64,000 nucleotides of DNA from Curvularia clavata. Lineage: Eukaryota. The position numbers were made by a program, and so were the translations under genes. This document shows positions 26,169 to 38,123 of this stretch, one piece after another; within the stretch, counting starts at the first letter, position 1, and every line of letters begins with the position of its first letter. The notes under the pieces are model-generated. The model had not been told where the DNA came from, searched no databases, and was given only the letters and a program-made list of their open reading frames with translations. The DNA is taken from the NCBI GenBank assembly GCA_023920165.1, contig CP089277.1, positions 1,488,001 through 1,552,000 of the forward strand, in the 5' to 3' direction.

Positions 26169-28462
26169 ATGTCGACACTGCCGCCAGCTACATCAGAGAC
26201 TCTAGCCTCTGCCCCCGATTCGCCCCACCCTGCGAGATCCAAGTCTAAGCGCTTGCTGGCCTGTATATTGTGCCAGCAGCGGAAAGTCAAATGCGATCAC
26301 AACTTTCCATGCGCAACCTGCGTCAAGGCCCGTGTGCAATGCGTGCCATCAGTTCAGGCTACCCGCCGCCGAAGACGACAATTTCCCGAAAAGGAATTGT
26401 TGACCCGGGTGAAAAAGTACGAGCAGCTCTTGGCCCAACACAAGATCTCTTTTGAACCGCTATACCCCATCCCGCAGGCTATTGGAGACAGGAACTCCCC
26501 CGCATCCGCCAGCAAGGGCTCATGCGATTCGGATGAGGAAGAGTCAGGAACAAGACTTGTAGTCGCTAGTGGTGCAATTCCGCCTATCCATGAGAATAAA
26601 ATCGAAGCCAAGTAATCATCACCGGATTTCTATACCATGCTTTTGACCATCACCAATTGACGCGTAACAGGCGCATGTTTCATTCTATGCGAGAAGAGGT
26701 AAACCAAGACGGCTCATCAGATGACGAAGTACAACCCGTTGTCTTCAAGAAAGCTTGGGATGAAGAGATTGGCAACCGCGACTATTTATTGTTTGGTTGG
26801 CCCCAGACAGGTGTTGCCATATATACTCTGCACCCCCAGCCGGTTCAGGTTTTTCAACTTTGGCAGCTCTACCTCGATAACGTTAACCCGCTGTTGAAGG
26901 TTACACATATCCCGACTCTGCAAGGGAAGATCGTAGAGGCCACGGGAAACATCTTGGCCATCAAACCCGAACTAGAAGCTCTTATGTTTGGAACCTACAG
27001 CACAGCTATCTCAAGTTTGAACGATGAAACCTGCAATAGCATGTTTGGATCATCCAAGTCACATCTCTTAGCACAGTTTCACCTGGGCTGTCAACAAGCT
27101 CTGTTGCAAAGTCGATTCCTCCGATACGCCAGCCGCGACTGCTTGACAGCATTCTATCTCTACTTGGTATGGTCCTTGGTAGGATGAACGTTCACTAGCT
27201 GACAGTAAAAGGTTTCCATTAGGCCTAGCACAACTCCTGAGTCACTGTCTTTGATGATCGGTGTCGCCGTCCGTATTGCTCAGCGCATGGGCATACACAA
27301 TGAAGCGAGTCTAGCAAAGCTCGATCCCCTTGAAGCAGAAATGAGCCGAAGACTTTGGTGGTCACTCATTCTCTTCGATACTCGCATTGGGGAGATGGCA
27401 GATTTTCAGGCTACGTCGTTACTGCCTATGTGGGATTGTAAACCCCCTTTGAGTGTCAATGACTCGGACCTCAGACACGACATGAAAGAGCCCCCACGAG
27501 TGCAAGGGAAATCGACAGACGCACTTTTTGCTGTCGTGCGTAGTGAGCTTGGCGACTTTGTTCGCCACACTACGTTCCACCTAGGCTATTACGATCCCTC
27601 TCTCAAGCCCATTAATGGAGATGCATTGCGCCGAAATGATGCAGAAAACGGAGAAACAGATCGATTGGAGCAGATGGTTGAAGCCAAGTATCTCGAGTTT
27701 TGTGACAACGATAATCCACTCCACTTTATGACTATTTGGACTACTCGCGGCGACATTGCAAAATTCCATCTCATGGAGCACCATTCCCGCTATGCCGGCT
27801 CGCCCTTACATCAAGCTGATATTCAGCGGGAGGCTGCCTTTTCCTACGCTCTGAGTATGCTTGGATGTAACACTAAGGTTGTAGATTCTCCACTCACCAA
27901 AGGGTTTAACTGGATGTGCCAGTTCAACTTTCCCTTCATCGGGTATATCCAAATAGTGCAATACCTGAAATGGCGACCAATGAGCGACCGAGCTGCCCCC
28001 GCGTGGCAAGTTATGAGCGAAAACTATCACGCGAACGAGAGCTTACTGTCCGGAAACTCCAGGTTCTTCAGCATATTGGCTGATTTTGTTCTCCAAGCGT
28101 GGGACACCCGTGAGTTGGCATTGAATGAATCTGGGTTGCCACTGGAGGTGCCCCGAATTGTAGCATCGATCAAACAGCGTTTAGCAAATGTCGCCCTATC
28201 TGGAGACGATTCTAAGCAATTAGATCACGTTGGAGATGCTTCATCGGTCGACCTGTTCACCCCCACAACTTCCAATCACGACATTTTCATTGCCAATCCC
28301 TATCCAGGCGCACAAAACGAGTACTCGTTTGCAAATCTGAACGGTTTGTCTCTGCAAGATGTCGAAATGGATTGTGTAGACTGGTCCGGAATGAATTGGG
28401 ACACCGGTAATACAACAGTCAATGACACTGCTACAATTCAAAGCAACCAACGAAAACTGTAG
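26169..28462 (+). CDS. Zn(II)2Cys6 transcription factor with fungal-specific TF domain
   Basis: CILCQQRKVKCDHNFPCATCVKARVQC; middle homology region AVRIAQRMGIH..E.SRRLWW; introns at about 26612-26670 and 27167-27211. Confidence 0.93.
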
Positions 28463-29006
28463 TATGATCAACAATACCACTCTGAATAAACGAATTGCGT
28501 CTGGGCCAAGAAAACAATTCCAGCCACCCCAGCATCCAAGCGGGCAATGGATGTACCATTAGCGCATCATCTAACGTCTCATCAAATCTTTCTGTCTAGG
28601 CATGTGCAAACACTACTGTTGAAAAGTGTGCTCAACTACTCTTCTAAAATTAGCCGCGCAAAGAGGTATACAAATGGGTAGCGTGAGCAGACATGCTATT
28701 CATTCAACGCACCACATGCTCAATCATGCCACAGAAGAAGCCGCTTAGCTACCTATGACTGACCTTTGCAAGATTGACCAAGTATATCTGTCATTGTAAT
28801 CAAGTGATGTCGATTTTCCCTCTACTTAAGCATGTTTCTATCTCTCGTTTTCTCCTGAATCCGTCGTTACAAATAAAGTCTGAGCGCGAGCCATTTTAGC
28901 AAGAAGACGCATATTTCTTTTGTGTTCGAGAACCAGGCATTTAAATGACGCTTGTCGTACTAGATTGAAACGACCACCAGAACTTCATATAGTAGTAGTG
29001 GCTTTG

Positions 29007-29601
29007 CTCCGCATAATTAGCCCCATCTGAGATTGCTTTGTTTTAGCGGTAGTCACGGAACTAAAATATCATCAAGGTACAAGCGTCGCTGTGTAACTTT
29101 TGTTTTCAACAATTCACGTAGATGGTGACCAACTAACGATTCACCATCATTGGGGTGGGAGTAATTACAGCGCATGGGTAGATAGGAAGGCTGTGTTGGC
29201 GATAAATAAAATCCCGAAATCCCGGTCCGTGTCATCCCAGCAGACCGCTGGATCACGATATCAACTGAATGCTTTCTCGAAAGCGAACAACTGCATCATT
29301 CCGGACAATATGTCGCCCTCGCGTTGAAAGCCCAGGTGTATTATTCCGAACAACAACATCTCGGTGTTGTATAACCCGAGGATAAAGGAGGAAAAACCCC
29401 GCTTTCCCGTACAACATGCTGATCTCTTTTCCCATCCCCGCAAATGCTCGCAAGTTAGGTGTGCCAAGTTGACGCTATGTTATTCCGGAAGGAACTAGTT
29501 TGGAGCACACCACTTACAGAGGGTCTTGCGTGTGCGTCGATAAACGGGTACGCTACCGCAAACGAGATGGTCCACCGGATGTTCTATTGTTCATGCTGGA
29601 G
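29007..29601. promoter_or_regulatory. Candidate CreA (SYGGRG) carbon-catabolite sites upstream of the lyase gene
   Basis: Matches at 29007 (CTCCGC), 29397 and 29436 (CCCCGC) and 29596 (CTGGAG). The motif is short, so chance matches are likely. Confidence 0.3.
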
Positions 29602-29735
29602 TTGGAAGGAGAGTAAAGCCGGGTAAACGGGGCGCAGATGCAGGTACAAATTGCTCGTATCCCATAATGAAATGAATCAGATGAGGGTTCTCATTCGATT
29701 GCGACGCTCCCTAATTTTTTTCCCTTCGTCCTACA

Positions 29736-32531
29736 ATGCGAAAGGCTGTGGTTGGCCTAGCTGGCCTTTTCAGCTGTACATTCGCGCAAAGCAGCTCGGT
29801 GACAGTTAATTGGATAGAAGGCACACCCAAGTACTTGGCTGGTACTACATTCGGCGTGCCTTGGCCTCGCGGACAGCACCCTGCCAACGCGACAGAATTT
29901 ACAGTTACTGGCGATGCAAGTCTTCAGTCATGGGTGACTGCCTACTGGCCTGATGGCAGTTTGAAGTGGACCGGACATGCTCTAGGAGCCACCGACTCTC
30001 CCCTTGAAAAATATATCATTACAGCAACAAGTCAGGGTAATGTCTCTTCATCACGCTTTACGAAACGAGTCAGCGGCATCCAAGTCAGCAACTCTGGCGG
30101 CGAGATAGTAGTCGATACCGGAAAGGTCACTGCAACATTTCCCAAATCAGGCAACGTGCTTGTTTCCTCCATCGAAACGAATGGCAAGACAGTTGGAACA
30201 AATGGCCACCTTGTCTTGCGATCCCAGACTGGTACCCCGGATGACAGCGACGATGGAAAGCCTACCGGTATCGACTACTTTACCTTTACCAGCAAAATCT
30301 CTAATGTTACTGTATCTGAGGAGAACACTGCTCGTACACTGGTCACAGTCAACGGGATCCATACTGTGAATGGAGATGACGCTCATGCTGACTGGCTTCC
30401 TTTTGCTGTACGCTTCTACCTGTATGCCAATTCGGAAGCAATTCGCATCATCCACACAATCATCTACGATGGCGACATGCGCAGCGACTTCATGTCAGGT
30501 ATCGGTATTCGATTTGATGTGCCTCTCGCGAAAGAACAGCTCTACAACCGTCATGTCCGTATCGCCGGTGTTGACGGCGGTATGCTACATGAAGCCGTCA
30601 AGGGTATCACGGGTCTCCGCCGTGATCCAGGCAAAGAAATAAGATCAGCTCAATACAACGGCACAGTTCTTCCGGACCCTTCAACCTGGGATCAGCGCGT
30701 AACTACCCGTTTACAGTGGATCCCCAACTGGAGTGACTACCGCTTGACTCAGCTCTCTCCAGATGGATTCAACCTCAAGAAACGCACCAAATCCGGGCAG
30801 AGCTGGGTGAAAATTCCAGGCGGGACAAGATCAGGAGGCTTGGGCTACCTTGGTGGTGCTACTACCGGTGGAATTGCCGTTGGCTTACGTGATTTCTGGA
30901 AAAAGTACCCGACTAGTCTGGACATCTCGAATGCTGCAACGGATACAGGATCAATCACCATGTGGTTATACAGCCCACAAGCGGAGCCTCTGGATATCCG
31001 GCCATACCACGACGGACTTGGTGAAGATACATACAAAAAGCAGCTTGATGCTTTGGAAATAACCTATGAGGATTGGGAATCAGGATATGATGATCCACAC
31101 GGTATTGCACGTACCAATGAGCTATACCTTTACGCCTTCGATACAACGCCTTCAGCTGAGAAGCTCTCAGTGCTTACAAACTTCACCAACAATCCACCAG
31201 TTCTCATTCCAGAGCCTAAATATATGGCTGAAACTAAGGCACTTGGATCGTATTGGAACGTCCCAGGCACTGTAGACTCGGCGCAAGCCCAGACGATCGA
31301 GAAAAACATGAACTTCCTCATTGACTATTATAAAGACCAAATCGAGCAAAGACGTTGGTACGGCTTCTTCGACCATGGCGACATAATGCACACATACGAC
31401 AATGACAGGCACCAGTGGCGATACGACATAGGTGGATATGCCTGGGACAACTCTGAGCTCTCTCCCGACCTCTTCTTCTGGACTTACTTCCTCCGAACTG
31501 GCCGTGCCGACGCATACCGCATCGCTCACGACCAAGCACGACACGGCGGTGACGTAGATTCATACCACATTGGCAATTTCACGGGTCTGGGTACGAGACA
31601 TGGAGTACAACACTGGTCGGATAGCGCGAAGCAAGCCCGAATTTCGACGCCGGTATACCGCAAGACCTTTTTCTACATCTCTGGCGGTGACGAGCGAACC
31701 GGCGACTTGGTCCGCGAGGTCCTCGACGCCGACCAAGCCTTCGTCCGCGTCGATGCCCGCCGCAAAGTCCGCGACCCAAGCGTCATCTACACACCGGACC
31801 CGACCGCACTCTTCCTCAACTTCGGCACTGACTGGGCTGGCATCGCGCAAGCCTACCTCATGGAGTGGGAGCGCCATGGTCCCCGCTGGCAGGAATCCTA
31901 TGACAAGCTCGTTGCATCCGTGGTATCGTATCCCAAGCTAAAGAATGGCTTTGTAACTGGTGAGGCCTTCTACAACAGTCTCACAGGCGAGTGGAAGCCT
32001 CCGCCAACAGATCTTAACAACACCGGCGAGATCACCGTCTCACATCTCTCCGGCGTCTTTGGCGTCCTCGAAACAATCGACCAGCTCATCGAGCACTTTG
32101 GCCCCGAGCAGCGCAATCTAACCCAGCCCTTCTTCGACGCCTTCCTCGACTACTGCTACTACTACGGCGCGAGCAAGGCGGAGCAAAAAGCACGGTATGG
32201 CGAGGACTTTGGCAGTCTGTCGCTGATGCAAGGTCACTCGCGTTTTACGGCGTATGTTGCACGCCACAGGAACAATGCTACACTTGTGCCGCGTGTGTGG
32301 TCTGAGTTTCTCGGCGACGGAAGTAAAGATGGGCTCGCGCCGACTGCGCCGTGGAAGGCGGTACGCATTGCTGGCAGCGATGTGTTGAGTCCGGTTGATG
32401 AAGCGACGTGGGTGAGTACGAATGCGGCGGCGTTGTATGGTGTTGCGGCGATTGAGAATCTGGCGCTTGTTGGTGCGCCGGATGTGAATACTATTGGGGG
32501 TGGGAATGGTACGGTGAGGAGATGGACATAG
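29736..32531 (+). CDS. Secreted exo-rhamnogalacturonan lyase-like protein (PcRGLX/YetA type, PL26)
   Basis: Intronless 931-aa ORF with a signal-peptide-like N-terminus and motifs TFGVPWPRG, AYWPDGSLKWTGHA, WRYDIGGYAWDNSE, GTRHGVQHW, FGTDW that I recognise from this family. Confidence 0.8.
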   Translation: MRKAVVGLAGLFSCTFAQSSSVTVNWIEGTPKYLAGTTFGVPWPRGQHPANATEFTVTGDASLQSWVTAYWPDGSLKWTGHALGATDSPLEKYIITATSQGNVSSSRFTKRVSGIQVSNSGGEIVVDTGKVTATFPKSGNVLVSSIETNGKTVGTNGHLVLRSQTGTPDDSDDGKPTGIDYFTFTSKISNVTVSEENTARTLVTVNGIHTVNGDDAHADWLPFAVRFYLYANSEAIRIIHTIIYDGDMRSDFMSGIGIRFDVPLAKEQLYNRHVRIAGVDGGMLHEAVKGITGLRRDPGKEIRSAQYNGTVLPDPSTWDQRVTTRLQWIPNWSDYRLTQLSPDGFNLKKRTKSGQSWVKIPGGTRSGGLGYLGGATTGGIAVGLRDFWKKYPTSLDISNAATDTGSITMWLYSPQAEPLDIRPYHDGLGEDTYKKQLDALEITYEDWESGYDDPHGIARTNELYLYAFDTTPSAEKLSVLTNFTNNPPVLIPEPKYMAETKALGSYWNVPGTVDSAQAQTIEKNMNFLIDYYKDQIEQRRWYGFFDHGDIMHTYDNDRHQWRYDIGGYAWDNSELSPDLFFWTYFLRTGRADAYRIAHDQARHGGDVDSYHIGNFTGLGTRHGVQHWSDSAKQARISTPVYRKTFFYISGGDERTGDLVREVLDADQAFVRVDARRKVRDPSVIYTPDPTALFLNFGTDWAGIAQAYLMEWERHGPRWQESYDKLVASVVSYPKLKNGFVTGEAFYNSLTGEWKPPPTDLNNTGEITVSHLSGVFGVLETIDQLIEHFGPEQRNLTQPFFDAFLDYCYYYGASKAEQKARYGEDFGSLSLMQGHSRFTAYVARHRNNATLVPRVWSEFLGDGSKDGLAPTAPWKAVRIAGSDVLSPVDEATWVSTNAAALYGVAAIENLALVGAPDVNTIGGGNGTVRRWT

Positions 32532-33027
32532 AATCGCTTTGAAATGTTTTGGCAGTGAGTGAGTGAAACCTATTTTAGCTATCTTTGTATGCATGAAGCT
32601 CACTAGATTGGAATATATTGTACGCATAATCTTATTCTTCTTGATTAACCTACCAATTGTTCATTTCATGGCATGCCACTTGGAATAATGTAAATGCTCC
32701 AGAAGGATAAAGGAAACAACAAGTCGTACAGAGCTTTAATCAGTTTGACTGAATTTAAAGAAGCTTGAGATTACCCGTAACAGATGCACTTCCATTTTAC
32801 AATATCAACGTGGTGCAGGAACCAATGTTCCTTCGGGTATATAATGTTGTACTAATTGACGATACCACAGCGTGCAACGTTAACAGATAGTATGAGACTC
32901 ACTTCCACTTACTTCCACAAATACTTCCACTCGCAATTAATAGCGGTGTAGAACATTCGCACTACACCGATCCAGCACTCCCGTCTAACCCCTCGTCCAA
33001 CCTTGCAACAGCACACCGAATTCATCT

Positions 33028-34161
33028 TTACTTGGTCTTCACAGCACCTTTTCCAGCCTTGGCGTCCTTGACCTTCTGCTTCTCTTTCTCATTCAGCGGC
33101 TCATCCATGCTCCTTGTTCCAAATTTGGGAAGAAACTTGCCAACCCTCTGCTGGTAAACCTTGTACTCGGGGTACTTGCCCGCGCTCAACAATTCAGTAA
33201 GCCACGTGCTAGACTGGAACAAAAACAGATAGGAACCAGCACCGATAGCTGCCCAGTTGGCCAATGTCTCTGTCTCCAGACAGCACCACTGGTACAGACA
33301 CACCCAGAAAGCTTGCTCAGCAGCGAAGTTGGGGTGACGGGACCAGGCGAAAAGTCCAGTCGTGTTGAAACCGCGATCGAGCTGGTCACGCGTGTACTTC
33401 TTTGCAGCTGGTACTTTGGCTGTATTTCTGTATTCATCTCTGGCACTGTAGTAGTTCCACTGGGCCTGGTCGGCGAACCACTCCAGGACAACGAGAGCAA
33501 CCATGAATCGGCCAAAGAGAGTGTCATAGGTAGAGACAGTGTTGCCGGTTACACGATTGGCCAGAAGCAAGATATACGCAGGTGTTGTGATAGTCCACAG
33601 GAGAAACTGTCCAAGTCAGTATGCGTGAACGAATGTGCATTAAACATATGCGCCTACATTCTGGCCGAAGGAGATGAATGTGAGATTCATGATAAACATT
33701 GCTGGACCTCCGATGTAGTCTTTTATGATGTTCCACCTGTAATCCTCACTTCCGATCTGGTACCCGCCCTTGCGCCAGTAGTTGTAGGTCAAGCGAGCAC
33801 TCCAGATGATAGAAACAGCCATCACGTGGTCGAGCTTCGTTGCCGGCAGTCCATTTAGATGCGCCCATACCGCATAGTGCGTATTGTAAACAGCAGGCAA
33901 AATGCTCCATATACGGTCGACCTGCGAGTAATTGCGGTTGATCTCGGATAGGATGAGAACAGCAGGCGAGAGAAACATGATGGCAAAGGCAAATGAAGAG
34001 ACCAAAGGGTTAGTAGTGAGATAGAGCTCCTTCAGTGCCTGCACATCCGAGATGCGCGCTGCGACCTGGTATGGCAGATCGTAAAGCTGCGGTAGGAACG
34101 GTTGTACCGTCTTGTGGTAATCGGCGCACTCGGGCAGGGTTTTCACCAGCGGCAACGCCAT
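33028..34161 (-). CDS. DUF1295 family membrane protein (steroid 5-alpha-reductase-like)
   Basis: NYSQVDRIWS, EDYRW, ADQAQW, GLFAWSRHPNF; intron 33657-33607. An upstream in-frame ATG is at 34188. Confidence 0.9.
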
Positions 34162-34478
34162 GTCGATATAGGTGCGCGGGTCTGGCATTGTACCAATTGG
34201 CGTGTTTTTGTCGTGAGAGTTGCAATGGCTCTCGCGTGGAGGGCAGAAAGCGAGTGTATGTAAGTGTCGTCTGAGTGGATACGTGTATGTAATGTGGAGA
34301 GGGGCATGACCTCATGAGTTGCCCTTTCCCTGAACACCCGGGTGGCTTAGCGTGCTGCAAGGGCATCCGTGCGGCTCCTTGACGCGCTTTGTCCAGCTCT
34401 GACGCGAATTCACATGACCTAGGAGATCTTCGCCTTCTTTTGTGAGATCTCTTGTATAGACACACACATCTCAAAGGC

Positions 34479-36758
34479 ATGACGCGGGTCTTGTGCGTGG
34501 CAGAGAAGCCATCTATTGCAAAAGCAGTTGCAACCCATCTCGGCGGACACCCTCAGGCCGTGAGTCTAGCACAAGCCCAGGCCTTCTCAGACGCAAGGCT
34601 AATGTCACTAGGACAATGTTCGGGGCATTCAATGGGTCAAAAACTACAAGTTTGATTTTCGCTTCAACAACTGGGGCCAGTGTTCTGTTACCTTTACATG
34701 CGTTGCTGGTCACATTGTGGCACAAGATTTCAACGAACGATTTAAGAAATGGACCTCGTGCGAACCGGTATCTCTGTTCGAAGCCCCGATTGTGTCTGGT
34801 ATAGCAGAGGTGCGTGGCGAGACCGCTATCTCACCAGTACTCACTGACAAGTGCCCAGGATAAGAAAGCGGTGGCGAGCAACATTGAGTCGCAAGCGAGG
34901 TATGCCTCGATTCTGTTCATCTGGACCGATTGTGACCGCGAGGGCGAGCATATTGGGACCGAGATCCGCGATATTGCACTCAAAGCAAACCCAAACATGC
35001 AGGTGTGGCGAGCACGTTTCAGCAACATTGAACGAGCGTTTGTATTGCCTTATCAGCATAGAGGTGGCGTACTGACATGTGCTAGGCATGTTGTTCAAGC
35101 ATCACAGAATCCGATCCGTCTAGACGAGGCACAGGCACAGGCCGTCGCAGCGCGTATTGAGTTGGATCTCCGACTTGGAGCCGCGTTTACACGCATGCAG
35201 ACACTAGCGCTACAGAAAATGATCCCTCAGCAAGGCGAAGAACGAGGCAAAATAATCAGCTATGGCTCCTGCCAGTTCCCCACTCTGGGTTTCGTGGTGG
35301 ATCGCTATCTGCGAGTGCGGAATTTTGTGCCAGAGCCGTTCTGGTACATCAAAGTAGCACACACGAAGGATGAAATTGACGTCAAGTTCAACTGGCGACG
35401 GGGTCACTTGTTTGACCGCATGGTCGTGATCCTCATTCTCGAACGCTGCCTGCTGTCTAAGACTGCGACTGTCACCAAAATGGCAAAGAAACCCACGAGT
35501 AAATGGAGGCCACTACCTCTGACCACTGTTGAGCTGCAGAAGAATGGAGCTAGATTCCTTCGTATGACCTCGCAGGATGTCATGAAAGTGGCCGAAGACT
35601 TGTACACCAAAGGCTGGATCAGCTATCCGCGTACGGAGACCGACCAGTTTGACCCTGGCATGGACCTGCGGACCTTGGTGGGCCGCCAGACGCAAGACGG
35701 TCGCTGGGGACAGTTTGCACAGAATCTCATGAATGGTGGATTTAAACAGCCTCGGTTGGGACGCAACAACGACAAGGCTCACCCTCCTATCCACCCGGTC
35801 AACTACGTTGCACCCACGCAGCTTAACGACAGGGAGCGAGTGGTGTACGAATTTGTGGTTCGCCGCTTCCTTGCGTGCTGTTCTGAGGACGCCGTTGGCG
35901 AAGCTACAGATGTCGAGATCGACTATGGTGGAGAAATGTTCCATGCATATGGACTCACTGTCATTGCGAGAAACTACCTAGATGTGTACCCATACGACAA
36001 ATGGGAAAGCAGTCAAGCTCTACCCCAGTATGCCATAGGCGAGACGTTCGAGCCTACAGAAGCGAACATGATGGACGGCCAGACGACAGCGCCAAGCTAC
36101 CTTACGGAACCCGAGCTCATTGCGCTTATGGATGCCAACGGAATCGGCACAGATGCGACAATGGCCGAACACATTGCCAAAATCAAAGAGCGCGAATATG
36201 TGATTGCACGGCCGAAAGGAGGAGGGGCTGGTGCCACTGCTGGTGCAACATCAACCAGAGGACGAGGAAGAGGTTCACGGGGGGCAGGACGAGGTGGGCG
36301 AGGCGGGCGAGGTGGTGCAGCAACAGGCCCAGCCGGGGGAGGGAGCACCGGCGGGGTTCAAGAGTTTATCCCAACAACCTTGGGCGTCGCGCTTATAGAA
36401 GGTTACGACAATGTGGGGTTCGAGACGAGCCTGAGCAAGCCGTTCCTCCGTAAACAAGTGAGTGGTCCACGTGGGGGGGTTGGGTGGTGATGACCAAGAG
36501 GCTTACTGACCGTCTCGGCAGATGGAGGAGCAGATGAAGGCCATCTGCGAAGGCCGCAGCACCCGCAACGACGTGGTTCAACAGAACCTGGAGCAGTATC
36601 GGGCAGTGTTCAACCGCACGATGCAGCAGATCAATGTGTTGAAATCGGTGCGTTTTCCATTTTGGAGGCCAAGATTACCATGTGTAGTGGCATCGCTAAC
36701 GTAATGCCGAACTGGCTAGGCCATCACCAAGTATGTCGTCAACGCGAATCACGGCTGA
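34479..36758 (+). CDS. TOP3: DNA topoisomerase III (type IA)
   Basis: TOPRIM motifs VAEKPS and DCDREGE, SYGSCQFPTL, catalytic ISYPRT, AHPPIHP, GIGTDAT. Introns 34560-34611, 34810-34858, 35038-35085, 36458-36521 and 36648-36719. Confidence 0.97.
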
Positions 36759-37940
36759 GGCCTTATCCACGCGGGTCACTTGGGTCGCAATGCTCACGTC
36801 ACCGAGCGGATAGTTGAGAAATGCGACGCATTGGCGCGGCGCAGAGCGCACGGATTGGTTTTGGCTTTTGTGCGGGATGTCTTGCAGTCTTGCCTGTCGG
36901 TGCAACACGTGTGTCGACTGTGGTTGCTGCTTTGCAACCACCGATGGCCTCGTGCATGTATCGCTCGTCAACAGGTGCGCAGCGAAGTCGGACCTTTTTT
37001 TGGGGCGCATGGCGGCCTGGAGAACCCCCGCGGCACGATAACGCCAGAAGATGCTACGGATGCAAGCCATGGCAAAGGCGCATGGCGAGCATGAGGAGCC
37101 GATATGGAGCGATGCTGATATGGGCCTTGTATCGGCTGCGAACGGGTCACGACAAAGCAACGACGACGCCTTTGGACCGGCTGTGCTGGCCGCCCCATGG
37201 TGCGGCGATGGCTGCAATGTACAAAGACGTGAGAGGCCTGAAGCCGTGGTAGAGCAGGGCTTGCGATGGTGCAAACTCTCTTTTTGCCCTGCTTCTGCGC
37301 ATCGAGTCCCTGCTGCTGGCGGGGGGCGAGATTCCGCTATTTCCATGACGCTTGCGAAGGCGTGGGCGTGTGGTGGGAGGGAGTCAGGTGGCTGCGAGCC
37401 AATCAGGGCGAGGACAGGGGCACCGGCCGTCGCTTCCCGCTCTGGGGGGTTGTCAGATGGGCCTGTCTTCCTTGGTCGCAGCTGCCCTGGGGAGCCAGCG
37501 AGGGCCTTATCATGGCGTAGTCCCTGCCTGCCATGATCCAGCACTCATGACACATCGCACACTCGAATATTAAGACTTGCTCTGCTCTGCTCTGCTCACA
37601 CCCTCTCCAGCCACACGCCGTCTGCTGCTACTCGTTGCTTGCATATACCGGATCCCGCGCTCTGCTGTTCCGACCACGCTACCGGCTTCGTCCCGACACC
37701 GACTCGCTGATCCCCATCGCCGATCGCTAGACGTCTCGAAACGGTGAAAGAGCCAGCTCCACAGCTGCATCCGCACACAACAACACACCGCCAGCACCTA
37801 TTTTGTCCGTTTGTCGCTTAGTTCTTTGTCGCGTAAGACAGCTCTATCACTGTCTTAAATTTCAGAGTTCAAAATCCAACTGCTATCCCACCAAACCGAC
37901 CTGCTCTCCTTAACTGAGAGCCTATACTCAACATCACGAG

Positions 37941-38038
37941 GTACGTTTGCCGCCAACCACTCCACTCCATACGATAAAGTCCTCCGCACAATACTCTAGT
38001 TCCAAGACCACTGCCGCTAACTCTCGGCCTCTCTCCAG
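37941..38038 (+). other. Probable 5'-UTR intron of STB3
   Basis: GTACGT donor, GCTAAC branch point, pyrimidine tract and CAG acceptor, 85 nt upstream of the ATG. Confidence 0.6.
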
Positions 38039-38123
38039 TCTCTGGGATTCTTCATATAGTGCGACTGCCTGAGCAACTCGCGCTTTGACTCATTCTGTCA
38101 GCCCCTGCCTCCCAACTTCAACC

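Noticed and set aside
36696..37573. Overlapping long ORFs (up to 282 aa) between TOP3 and STB3
   Set aside because: GC-rich regulatory region with no domain signatures.
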